A stretch of 63,349 nucleotides of DNA, filler included, from Choristocarpus tenellus KU-1152 (lineage: Eukaryota > Protista > Phaeophyceae), in assembly GCA_964200185.2 (NCBI GenBank). It is 10 parts of 10 records of this genome, joined end to end, with 100 filler letters (N's around TTAATTAATTAA, not from the genome) between each part and the next. Parts side by side here need not be neighbours in the genome. Positions count along the whole stretch, not along the records: positions 33,024 to 39,667 come from CAXNAD020007677.1; positions 39,768 to 49,803 come from CAXNAD020003192.1; 8 more parts are not named here. One strand, given 5' to 3'. Shown here piece after piece: positions 33,803 to 45,790 of the stretch. Every line of letters starts with the position of its first letter. Within the stretch, counting starts at the first letter, position 1. The translations under genes were made by a program, and so were the position numbers. The notes beneath the pieces were generated by a model. The model worked only from the letters and a program-made list of their open reading frames with translations, made no database searches and was not told where the DNA came from.

Positions 33803-36800
33803 TTCGTAGTATTCACTTACAATACTTGAAGAAAGTAAGAGATTAGACACACCAATGGATTGGGACGGCTCGAATCGCCTCTAGCTCATCCCCATCATTA
33901 GAGGCTCTCTTCCGCGTAGCGCGTCTGCCCGCCATCTCGAGTCTCATGTGTTCACATTGCGGGTACTGGCTCCTGTTGTCACGCATGCACGTGTTTCATT
34001 GCACCAACCGCACGCACCTCCTCCGACGCTCCTCCCATGCGATCCATTGGATCCGTCTCGCGCCGGGTCTGTTCGACTCTACACAACTTCTCATTAGCAT
34101 CATTGGCACGTAATTTAGTCTGGGACACAAGGGACCTAGCTCAAACCCACCTCTAGCTCCGAACCGTGGTCAGAGTCATTAATCACATACACTGCAGTAC
34201 TTCTCAGGAACAACCATGATCCCACTGTTGTTGCACTATTAACATTCATTGCTGCGCTGGCCCATGTGTGCCTTGCATTTTTTCTGGTGCGTTGGGTTGA
34301 GCCATCCCACCGCTCTTCACCCCGCCTCCTCCCTCTAATCTTGTGCAGTAACCCAGTCAAAGCGCGGGAAGAAATACTCGCGCTACTCGCCTGTAACACT
34401 CCAGTTCGAACTAAACCCGTGAATTCCAACAAGGATTGACATATCTCCTCGTTTCTTTTGAGAGTGTTGAAAGGGGTTAAGTTATTTATGCGATGCATAA
34501 ACGCGTTGAGCCGTCACGAATGCTGCAGGAATTATGGCAAAGTCTGGTCCTAGGCTGGAACCTCTCCGAGTTACTGTTTCCCAGCGGAACCTGTGAAGTA
34601 AAAGAACACCGCGACACACGAAAAATAGATCGGGAATGTTAGTTCACGAATGGCGAGGAAGAGCTACCTAGGCAGCGTCTATACCATAGATGATACTGAT
34701 GCACATATAGGACTCCTGATGCACGAGTCGCCAAGTATGCTGGATCTCTCACTTGAATTATCATCAATATCATCGTATAAAAAGAGTCTGGTCAATGATG
34801 TCTTATCACAATCGGGGACTAGAATGACCAAATACAAAATAAATAGTCAAGAAGTACAAATATATCGAAACTAGGACTTCATGGTCATAATAGTGTTTAT
34901 GAAACCGCCATCAAGATATATCGCCTGTAACACCTCTCCCTCCTACCACATGGGTGGCCAACTCATCAAGCAGAGCTCTCTGCTCGTGTACTGAGCCACC
35001 CAAACTTTCCACTTTGGAGGTGATGATATATTTTATCTGCCATCAGGACTAAAAAAGGACCCTTCATTATAGGTGCGTTTTCATACCTCGGCTTCCGCAT
35101 CATCAACACTATTGCTGGTGGATGAGTTGGCCAGGTGGCAGGCTACCTGAACCTCTGCAATTTACATTTTATACAAAAATATTAAAACGAACAGTGTATC
35201 AGAACCAAAAACAGTTCGTGCTTCCGTTTGCAGCGACCCTTACTTTGCTTGTTGGTCCGCCTCCTCCTCCCTCAAATCTTCTGTGAGACCCACCTCAATG
35301 TTGCCATCTTGAATGGAAAATGCAGGGTATAGTACTCCTTGGTGTAAATTCCGTTTTGTTTCACAAGTGAAAATGGATAGTCGAAATCATATATCCATAT
35401 AAAGAGGTCTGGAGTTTATAGTGTTCGAACTTAAACTCATACAGGAGGCAAGCCTCTAAACTCTGGTTCACATGGTCGACCAGCAAGTCACATTTGGTTG
35501 GACTACGATATACTAAATTGAAATATTATTGTAATCATTTTCTTCCGATTTTTATTCCCATTATCACTCACACGATCATATGGTATTATTGTCCTCACAG
35601 ACACACTGCAGGAATTGTCATCCAGGTAAAACAAGATGCATGAAATAAAAAGAAATAACAAATTAAACAGGAATAGAGTGTGGAGGAGAAAAAGAAACAT
35701 CGAGTAAGGAACACAACTTAACTTCACAATATACCATTCACGTCATATTCACATCACTCTAAGGAGTCCCATGCCAATGGTAAAAAAGGTGGTAGCACAA
35801 AGGGGCAATACACAATCATGAGAACTACAAGTACTAAAGTTATGGAGAAGAAGAAGAAGAAAAGGCTGTGAACTAAGAAATAATAATGTAAAGTGACAAA
35901 GAAGAAGGGCATGCCGGCATCAACGCACAAAACAATCTTGAATTATATCAAGTACTTTAAGAGGCCACGAAACATTACCCATCACATGTCATACAAAGGA
36001 AAAAAAATGGGAAAGTAGAAAAAGAGAGACGCAAGAACTTAACAAGATAGAGAATCCAATGAGAAAATCGGCATTTTGCTGACAAGTGGTGATGTTGTTG
36101 TTGGTTGCTAGGACTGTCTTACCTGCCGCTTTAGCAGGACGTACACAATAATCTATTCTGTTTCCTTTGAATGCCATTCCATCATGAAGAGAAGCTCATT
36201 GTGCCGCCAATCACATATATTCGTACCACTTTTAATAGATTGTCATAGTGCTCTGTCCCTCAAACGTACTCCTAAACATCTCAAAAAGCCTTCTTGTGGA
36301 CACATCCGCCACCTCTTCTTCTCTTGTCTACCTTACTTTTGCCTTTCATCTGCAAGCTCCCCATATATTAGCCCCTAGGGAAGTTGCTCATTCACGATTT
36401 GTGGAAATGAACTGGTGAATAGAAGTCTCTGACTGTGCGTAGTCATCTTGATACACTACTGTCGGGTGTATGCTGCAAGGAATAGTATTGGTCTGTCAAA
36501 GGAGGGACGAGTCAACAACATTCCCAGGTTCTGAACATTTATATATGTGGAGGTTACCTACATCTATTATTATCGTGTCAACAACGAGAGGGCAGGCTAG
36601 AGCAGGTATCCAGACTTCGATGATGTTGTCAGTCGGTATGGCACAGCTGATAAGTCTCCGTCAGGTAGCTAGCTATGCTTGTTGCTCCTTACACGAAGAA
36701 GGTATCCCTTCTTCCCTATGCGTGTGATGTATCTCATCCTAGAAAAGATCAACGCTTTGAATCATTGAGGTCGAGATTGGTCACAAGGGTTGCCGCAATA

Positions 36801-39796
36801 TTATTCCGTATCACTCGACAAAATATACTTCTTGGTAGAAATTACATCTAGGTACGAAGTACTCTATACTACTGACAAGAACGCCCAGAGGGAGGGACTA
36901 GCCCATTGGAGAGTGTTAGTGGCGTGGAAATTGAGCAAAATCCTGGCTGTGCAACAAAAGACCTGGTCGTACACTTCATTATTTAATAGCGTGTGGTAAC
37001 AGAATAAAAAGTGTGGGACTAACGTATACGAGGAATTGTACTCATTTTCGGATTACAATTGTGAAGCTTTCTCGAGGTATTGAATCCGAGTTCAGTCACA
37101 AATCAGCCACGAAAATAACTCATATATTGTCAAAACTACAGCCTGACAGCTCAACCTCATTTTATTCGATTGTCAGATATCCAATGATACCGAGGCACCG
37201 TCATCAAGCCTCACCGTCAACCAACAGACTTGATAGTTAGAGGTACATATTTCATCAATATATGCTATTGTGAGTGGGTTGAAATAAGTCGGCATGTTGT
37301 TTGCGGCTTATACTATCATCTACGAGGTGGTATAGCCCACTAGCCAATGGATAACTGAACAACAGAAAAGTAACACACAGTGCACATGTTACGAGATAAG
37401 CAAGCAATGTATGGGTAGTTTCAAGATCGGCATATATATCGTTCTTCGCGGCATTGTTTCACGCTAACAATTTGCGCTATCCAGAACAGCACTGGTTATG
37501 CTCGTACCAAGGCGCAATGAAGTTGACCTCACAGGCCATCAGAGGCAGCGGAACAAGTGATTCCTTGTATAGGAAGGGTAACTAGATGTTTTGAAGCCAT
37601 TGTGTGTTTTTCCCGTCCATGTAAGCTAGATCCATGAAAGGAAGTTCATATATACATTTATGGAATCTCTGGCGACGGATCCAAATGAAGAATCTCTGGA
37701 TCAAAAGGACCCTAGCTTTCGAGCTACTACTTGTGAAAGGGTTTGGTTTTGACACAGACATACCCACATACATACCTCATTGTTCCCAAAAACTACTTTA
37801 AAGTGTATGCACAATCACAGTTAATTTTTCCTTGCAAGAAGATTGCACCATGTGCTGTGTGAACGACAATAATATATTACTCTTTTATATATCCTCCTAT
37901 CTCTGCTTTGTTTCTTCTTTATATCATATTGCAATTGTATTTACCATGAAACTGTCAGCTCGTTACAATTCTGGCTGCACCTTTGAAGCCAATACAAATC
38001 TCCTCTTCTAGCCCAACTTGCATGATATATTTGTGTGTGGAACACAAGGATGAACTTACATCATTGAGGAGGCTCAGGTCCATTGTTTTCCTCCCTTTCC
38101 CACCACAACCTATTGCCTCTCTACTTTCTGGTATTTATCTTATGCTTGACGAGGGGCGCAGTATCCATCCATACGCTGCGTGGTGTGCAGATTTTGAATG
38201 CTGTTCGTGTCAGGATGGAGAAGAGAAAAGAAAGAGATGGGAGTCTCACACGATTTCCCCTTGGTCAAAGTGATGAGATGGCTGAAAAGAGAAGAGTGAT
38301 GTTATTATTCGTGGTGGGCCTTGGTCTAGCACCTGTTGCTTTTAGAAGACGTCACTAAAACTGAACATTTAAAAAGATTCTAAAAAACTTAACCAAGATG
38401 TAGAAAAACGTCTGGAACATGGGGACATCACAACACAGAATTGATTCTCTATAAATATCCTGTTAATATATACGAACTATGAACCAGAATTGCTTTCGGT
38501 TACATATCACGGGAATTGATATCGTATTCTGTAGACATCCAATACACTGCTAGATCATTTCCTACTTGAGTAACACCAGGAGGTATACTAGTACAGAGTG
38601 GGGTTGAAGAAGTGAAATGGGTGTTTACGGACTCCCCCTCTATCCTCCACGGGTTCTTGGTAGCAGATTCTCTAAATGGTCCACCCCGAATCAGGTCCCT
38701 CTGTGAGTCCCACTAAAACAACATAGATGTATAAAAAAATCGCCACGTGGCACATTGGTCACGATGGAAAATCGTTGAACACCGAATCCCAGAAATGTGT
38801 ACAACTCGACTGTACCCAAATGGTGATGCGTAGGTCAGACCTGTGAACTCAATACTACAAACTCGCAAGAGTATTAATAATACTCAGGTACAAGTCCTTC
38901 TCCTGGATGTCTAATACACTGAAGGTGACGCTTCAAATGCATGCCCCAAATTTCAAGATGAAGCCTTTGTTACAGGCGCCCCTCAATGCTCACCTTTCCA
39001 GGATGTATAAGTCAAATCCAATTCACAGACCAACGCACGTCAGCTCAGCAGAACAGTAGTACTCTCAGGTAAATCACGTAGTACAAGAGAAATGTGTATT
39101 GGTATCAGTTAAGAGAGTGTACTGAATAGGTAGGGCTCTCTGGGTCAGAAGAACTGAGCCGTTTGGAGCTGTTCTTAGGATCTCTTATCATCATTTACTG
39201 TGCAAATTACCTTGGGAGGTAATGCTATTTGTTAGTAGTGAAGATAAGAAGGTGTGAAGCCTCACACGACCCCCTTTGCTGAACGTGATTACATGGTTGA
39301 AATTGGAAGAGAGAGTGACCTTTGTGGGGTGTCTTCTCATTGTTTATTATTATTATTATTATTATTGTGTTTTCGCTATCTATTTCAAAGTAGCGAAAGG
39401 GAATGAATAACAAACAAATTCCATATATAATCTGGATGTACTATCTCATTAGTTACATGACATGGATTTAATTCAACACAATAATCTCATATACACAAAT
39501 AAGGTACTCTTCACTATTGTCCTATTTTGCACATTTACCGTTGGGGCTTCTTTGGTATACAAGCATTGGAATATATTTGAGAACCTATGCGACCTTTCCA
39601 TCTGGGACCCTTTGCAACTACCCGAGTTACAGACTTTATTCTGTAACTTTTTGGCAAGTCGGAGTTCNNNNNNNNNNNNNNNNNNNNNNNNNNNNNNNNN
39701 NNNNNNNNNNNTTAATTAATTAANNNNNNNNNNNNNNNNNNNNNNNNNNNNNNNNNNNNNNNNNNNNCCCCCATGCCCTCTTATGTTCGATCACAG

Positions 39797-42644
39797 GTGG
39801 CAAGCTTGAAGACCAGTGGGGGGCTCCAGGATGTAGTATTGAATTCCATCTCCTCAAGCATTGTTGCCAATGAGCTACTTTTTGAAGAGATGGAGGAGGA
39901 AAAGGGTGCTGATGCAAACATGGATGGGGAATCTGGGGCATGGGGGGGGAATCCAGCTAAGGGAAAATTGCCTATCTCTGCTGGGTGGGATTGGTAAGTT
40001 TCTACATATATTGTAGTTATGGGTTGTGGTTGATGTGTTGCATGGATGGTGTTTCCAATGATGTAGAGCAGAGGTGTTGTTGGTATTGTTGTCCACCTTT
40101 GTCCCCCGCCCAGGCAGAGAAGTATGCCTGTAGTTGGACTAATGTGTAGTGATATTTCGCTTTTAACACAATGAAATGAAGCAGCTTGTTTGAAGAGAGT
40201 AAGCAGTATTTCACTTGTGTTTGTTGCCTAGTCTGTTCCTTGTTCGCCCCCCCCCGCCGATATAGAACTGAACAAGAAGAAAGTTGCAATTCAATGGTAA
40301 TGTCTGAGTACGTGGCGTGAGCAGGTATGTGTATCGAAGGGTTAGATTATTGTAGTTTAATCTTGGTTGGGGTTTAGGGTTAGGGTTAGGGTTAGGGTTA
40401 GTAAGGGATATGAAGTGTATGGGTATAGATGCCATTCTTTGTGTGAAGTTAGGGTTAGGGTTAGGGTTAGCATAGTCTTTTGTCAGTGTCCATCAGCAGT
40501 GTACAGCACACAGCTGGTAACATTTTTTTTTCAAAGTCACGAGAGTTGAATTGGTAGGAGGGTTAGGGTTAGGGTTAGGGTTAGGGTTAGGGTTAGATAC
40601 TACTGTGAATGTTTGTTACACTATAATTGTAATCAGTGTCCAATCCAACTGTGAGTATAATTTTTCCCGATAAACAGTATGGTATGTGAAACATCTGTTT
40701 GCTATTTAGTGCAATAGTGGAAGGGGGAGAAATTGGATGGTTTGATGTAGCAGTTGCTCTCGGCCTTGCATTGAGAAGGTAATATATCTTTTGAGATTGC
40801 CGCATGATATTTTGCACATCTACATCTACATACACACCGGTGCCAGTTAAAATTCAAGTACTTTGATCAAGAGTGGGTTCTGACTGGGTGAGTAAGTTCC
40901 CTGATTATCACACCTTGAGAGTGTTCGAATCGGCCATCTAAAAAAATAATTCCAAAAATAATTTCAACTCGAGATAAAACAAATAATAAAATTTCTTGTA
41001 TGTTGCACAAATATCATGTATAGTACATGTATAGTGTATAGTACATGTATAGTACATGTATAGTACATTTATAGTACATTTATAGTACATGTATAGTACA
41101 TGTATAGTACATTTATAGTACATGTATAGTAGAAGTGTAAGGCACGTATAGTACATGTGTAGGCACACCATACCTTTGGCAGTTGTTTGACTCGAAGAGG
41201 TCAAACCCAACCATGAAGATGCTTGGTAAAATGATGGAGCTGTGTATTGCAGTCAACAGAACTTCCTACCTAATCTGCTTTCCAGAATGTATCTGATAAT
41301 CGTTACCTTATACTCACATTTGTCTTCTGGAAAGAGGTATTCAAATCAACCATGTATAATTTCTCACTTGATAAGATTTCTTTTCAAAGCTTATGTAGCT
41401 GTGTGTTTGATTTGAATGGAGTAAATTTGTAGGTGTAGCCCATTCTGCCTTCACTAGAACCCAAGCCTGAACTCCAAGTCCCAATCATGTCATTTGGAGG
41501 TAGATCAATTTTGGTTGATTGTATCAAATTTTGCATCAAAAATTGTATCAAAGATTGTATCAAACTCGAAAAGCACATTGAAAAGTGGAGTATACTAGAA
41601 CCAATATTGATCAATATCTCAGTATCAAAACACTCTAGTCTCTTCCTATTTTAATTTACATCATATCAAGTAATTTTCAAAATGTTGACCAACCTCCTAC
41701 CACAAGCAAAATTGATAGTGGACTTCCTCTGAGGTACACTTTTTTGGGTTTTGTTGAGATGTTTGTCCAGCTCCAAACCATTGTATCCTACCTTCACCAC
41801 ATTTTAGAATGAGTTGGGGCTAGGGTTGAGTGAGAGTGGGAGCATGTTTCGCCATGGTATCAATTCCTCTGTCTCAATTTGGATTGTCTTGACCCTTTTC
41901 AGAAGCCTAAATAATGACTGATTTTAGCCTGCAGTACACAGTATGTGTCTGTGACAGACTTGGCATGGTGTTTTGAGTGTACTTCACACAGCCACAATGT
42001 CCAGCTGATCCTTCCATGTCTTAGTGGACTGAGGTGGTGGATTCCCTGCAGCGGCCTGAAAAAAAAATGTCCTTGTAAGTTTTTGTTTATTATTTTTCTT
42101 ATCTTTGGTGCAAATGTTTCTGTTCGTGTCCGGCCCATGTCGCTCTTTTTTTTTTTGCTGCTGCTGCAGGCAAGAAGGTTCTGGTACTGACGATTTCTTG
42201 GGTTCCCATGTAGTTGAACCACTTCCCGAGGTGATGAAGGCGTTGAAGGGGCTTAGTGTTGTTGTTGACAAGGAGCATGACTTTGATGATGATGATCGGA
42301 GAGTATTCAACAAGGACATGGACAAAAAGGATGATCCTGCTGGTGCTGGTGCTGGTGGGAAAGAGAGTGGAACAAACACTGGGACTAGAACAGAGGGGAC
42401 TGAAAGGGGTTTGGGGCAGGGAGGGAAGGAGGATGAAGGAAGAACCACGGAGTCTTCTGGAGAGGTGGAGGTGAAGCACAAAGAGGTTCCAACGAACAAG
42501 GTAGAGGGTACACATGGGGAATTACTAAAACGGCTGCAGTTGAAGAATGTTGAAGTAGGAGATTCGGAATTGCTAGAGAATCAGGCCTTGAAAGAACAGG
42601 AAGGTGGTCCAGTGTCAGAACATGATGGAAGAGTATGGAACTAG
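39797..42644 (+). CDS. Last two exons of an unidentified gene, with a C2-domain-like motif and an acidic low-complexity tail
   Basis: Exon 39797-39993 (phase 2, GTAAG donor) joins exon 42170-42644 (poly-pyrimidine tract + CAG) in frame, giving ...ISAGWDW|QEGSGTDDFLGSHVV..., similar to the C2 motif WDxD..xDDFLG. Stop codon at 42642-42644. Confidence 0.65.
40365..40596 (+). repeat. Interstitial (TTAGGG)n tracts
   Basis: Perfect runs at about 40374-40401, 40449-40470 and 40560-40596. Shorter ones occur at about 16211-16225 (CCCTAA) and 49648-49670. Confidence 0.9.
41016..41155. repeat. 11-bp minisatellite (TATAGTACATK)n, about 11 copies
   Basis: Read directly from the sequence. Confidence 0.92.
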
Positions 42645-45479
42645 TAGGGAAGGAGAAAGGAAATATTTTAAGAAGGGATGATGAAACAGATGATGATGGT
42701 GTGAGAAACCTGGGGAGAGAGGAAGGGAAAAGAAAGGAAGAAACACCTTCAAGGAGGAATGATGAGGCAAGTAACTTAGAACTGCCATTGGAGAGGAAGA
42801 AGATAGGGTAAAAGAAGAAAAGAGGGAGCAGTGAGGAGGAGTTGATGGAAATAGGAGAAGAGTACCCGCTTGTGCTTCAGGAGGCTTCAGAGCACAGCAA
42901 AGGGTAGGGAGAGGAGAGGGAGGTGATTTGAGACAAGTGGTTAGAGAAGCGGAAGGATCGGGAGGAGAGGGTCGCAAGAGGTAAAGATGAAGAACAGGAG
43001 GTTCGGGGATTGAAGAAGAAAAAAGAAGCTTAACCTTCTACTGAACCCTCAGTTGTTGTAGATGGTAGTTGTAGAGATGTTACGTTTTTGTTGGGATAGT
43101 CATAGCATGGGATACAAGAGTTGTCCTATTTTTGTCTAGAGGGATGGCCCAAATTGTGACTTTAGTGAAATGGGTTTCCTCTGCAGTATGTACCCTTCCG
43201 ATTTCCACCTTATTCTTCCGTGCTGTTGTGGCTGTGTTACCTTTTTTGATATATGTGTGTGTATTTGCATGTGTATTTGTGTGTAACATGTATCCACCAA
43301 TGTGCAGTTGATAAACACTGTTTATGTGCCGAACTCTTCCCTCATTAGACATGTAGCAATGTGACTTAACCGGGACAGAGGCTTGGGCCTTGCTATGCCT
43401 CCAAGTGCATCTCTAGAAGGGAAAAGAATCCAGCCTGTGCTGTGATACGTGTAATTTTCCAAGATTCGTCTCTTGTAGTAGGTTATATATATGAGATTGT
43501 GTTCAGTTGAGACACTCGGGATTTGTGTGTATATGAATGTGTATGTCATGTGGGTTTATGTATAGTATGTCTTGTGTATGTGAATGCAGCAGTGTCTTGT
43601 TTGGTGCACTTTGGTGTGGACCAGCATCACTGTTGAGTGGAGTGGCACTAATGAACCCTTTGGCAAGTCTGATGAGGCAGATACTTCTACCAGAAACTGA
43701 ATTGCCTGTGGGGTTGAGGACCCTGTTGCTGACTTGGGCAAGATCATCATAGATACGAGGTACTCAACTTTCTGCTTTGCATCCCCATTGGACAATTTGA
43801 TGGTGTCGGAAGTATTGCTTGTACATTACCTTTTCTGGTTGATTTCCCGCACTGGGAACTAGAGGGATAGATGTGTGTAGTACATTTCAGGAGCAAGACC
43901 TGAACTGCACAAAACTCTTTGGAGGTTTGTGGTGGAAAACCTGTCCGGTGCCCATCAAAGCACCTATTGCTGAGATGCAAATTATAGGAACACACTGTTG
44001 TACAACCAAGGACAGCACCTTAAACTCTCTTACTCCTTTGGGAACGAGATAAAAGACCTCTCAGATGATAGAATCCTCAATATCCCGTTTGATGTGAAAA
44101 GTCTTGGTTCGTTTCTGTTCACCTACTCAGGCTGCTACTTTGATTTGCCTTGTTCAGCAGTGGACTTCAGCCCGTACATGCTTTACAGTGTTTCGCTTTG
44201 TTTGTTGTGGATGTGAGGAAGGATTTGTCATAATCCTGGAAGCACATATTTTGGTTAAGATAGCATCCATGGTTTGTTTTCGGCCAGACTAGTGACAGGC
44301 ACTCATTCTAATAGTTGAATGATTCCAATTCTTCCTGATTTCTCCGAAGTCCCTCACATCCACAACTCACAATTTGAAACCCATCAAGATACGACAGGAC
44401 TGCGTACCATGTGATAATTCAGGACCTAATGCGTTCTGTGGACTACAATGCAAACGACAGTACTATTCATACTACAATTTGACTGATCAGTGTTGGCAAT
44501 TGTTGTCTTAGTTGTTCCCTTAGGTGAATTTCCCTTTGGTGGACGGGGGTTAACTGTCCCATGTGTAGTTAAATGATCGTAGTAGTCTGTTTCGTGTGTA
44601 ACATTTTTGGTTGGTAGTCTAGTTTTACTTAGAGGAAGGAGGAATCTTCTTCAAGAAAGCATTTCAATATTATTTTTTGGAAGAATATTGATGGCAACAA
44701 AAAATGGATGATTATGTAATTTGTTCGGTTGTGTCGCCCATTTTTTGATGTGGTCGATTTTCTTCCTAATAATAAGATTGAAAAGAAAATTATCCGAAGT
44801 TTTCTCTTCGATAGGTTTCGAATTAATAAAATAGTGTAAACGCCGAGTTTGGCGAATTGGGACAGTTGTGTTGTTTTTGTTGGTCATGTACATGCAACCG
44901 TCACAACTATCAAGGTCCAAATATCAGGTTTCAAAACGCCTTGAGTCTCAACTGTTGGGAGTTTGCCCTTCTATAGAACGGTGTCAGTCAAGGAAGGTAG
45001 AGCACCCTGTCGCAGTGGGTGAAAATCAAACTTGAAACGGTAAAATCGTGGGATATCATTCACATGCCATGATGCTGAGGAACGTTGTTTGTGAGACACC
45101 AGAATGTCTACTTCTCGAGGTGGGGTGCACTAAAAACACCAAACTTGGTATGGTCTGCAGCACAGGCTATCCCCTCTCGAAGGCGGGTAAATACTGTTGG
45201 AGACTAGTGTAGGCTACGCAAGGACTCTGGGAAGGTTCGATGAGGCCGACCCCGGACACAAGCTGCACTCAAGTACGTAACGACCCCAACAACATTGAAT
45301 GAGTTGGTGCGGGTGTCACCACGGCGTCTCGGTGATGTACTGGACATTGTTACAGCCTCTCATCATGAGGGATTTCTAAGATATTTCTCACAAGTGGAGC
45401 TTTATGCGATTGAATCAGTCCTGTGTTCGAACGGAATGGTGGGAGGAGATGGGCTGGAAGGTCGATGCCACCAAACATG

Positions 45480-45790
45480 AAACCAGGGCGTATTTAGAGG
45501 CGGGAGCCTAACCATACCAAAAAAGCCTTTGGACCCTCACTCTCTGACCAAAAAAATCGATGGGTTGCTCTCCATCAAACCAGCATCCTAAACAATGGCA
45601 TGGATCACGTCTATGACACGTTGTTTGACCAAGTCCACATACGGATTAGAAGTGATTTGACCTGGTGTCCTACCGTGTTAGGGTTTACCTTATCTCTGGG
45701 GAGGGCACCTACAACCTATGAAGTCACCCGATTTCAATGCTCTGAACCTCGGATTCTTCCGCTCACTGCAGATCAGGGCAGGCTGTATTC
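45480..45790 (+). pseudogene. Internally deleted Tc1/mariner transposase (DD39D-like)
   Basis: KSPDFNALNLGFFRSLQ at about 45721-45771 matches the (P/N)SPDxNxLDLGFFxSxQ motif around the third catalytic residue. YDTLFDQVHI at about 45612 resembles the stretch before VHxDEKWF. The sequence expected between them is missing. Confidence 0.7.

Noticed and set aside
34136-34498. 120-aa ORF as a hAT transposase dimerisation domain
   Set aside because: The resemblance is vague and the diagnostic ERxFS/ERNWS motif is absent.
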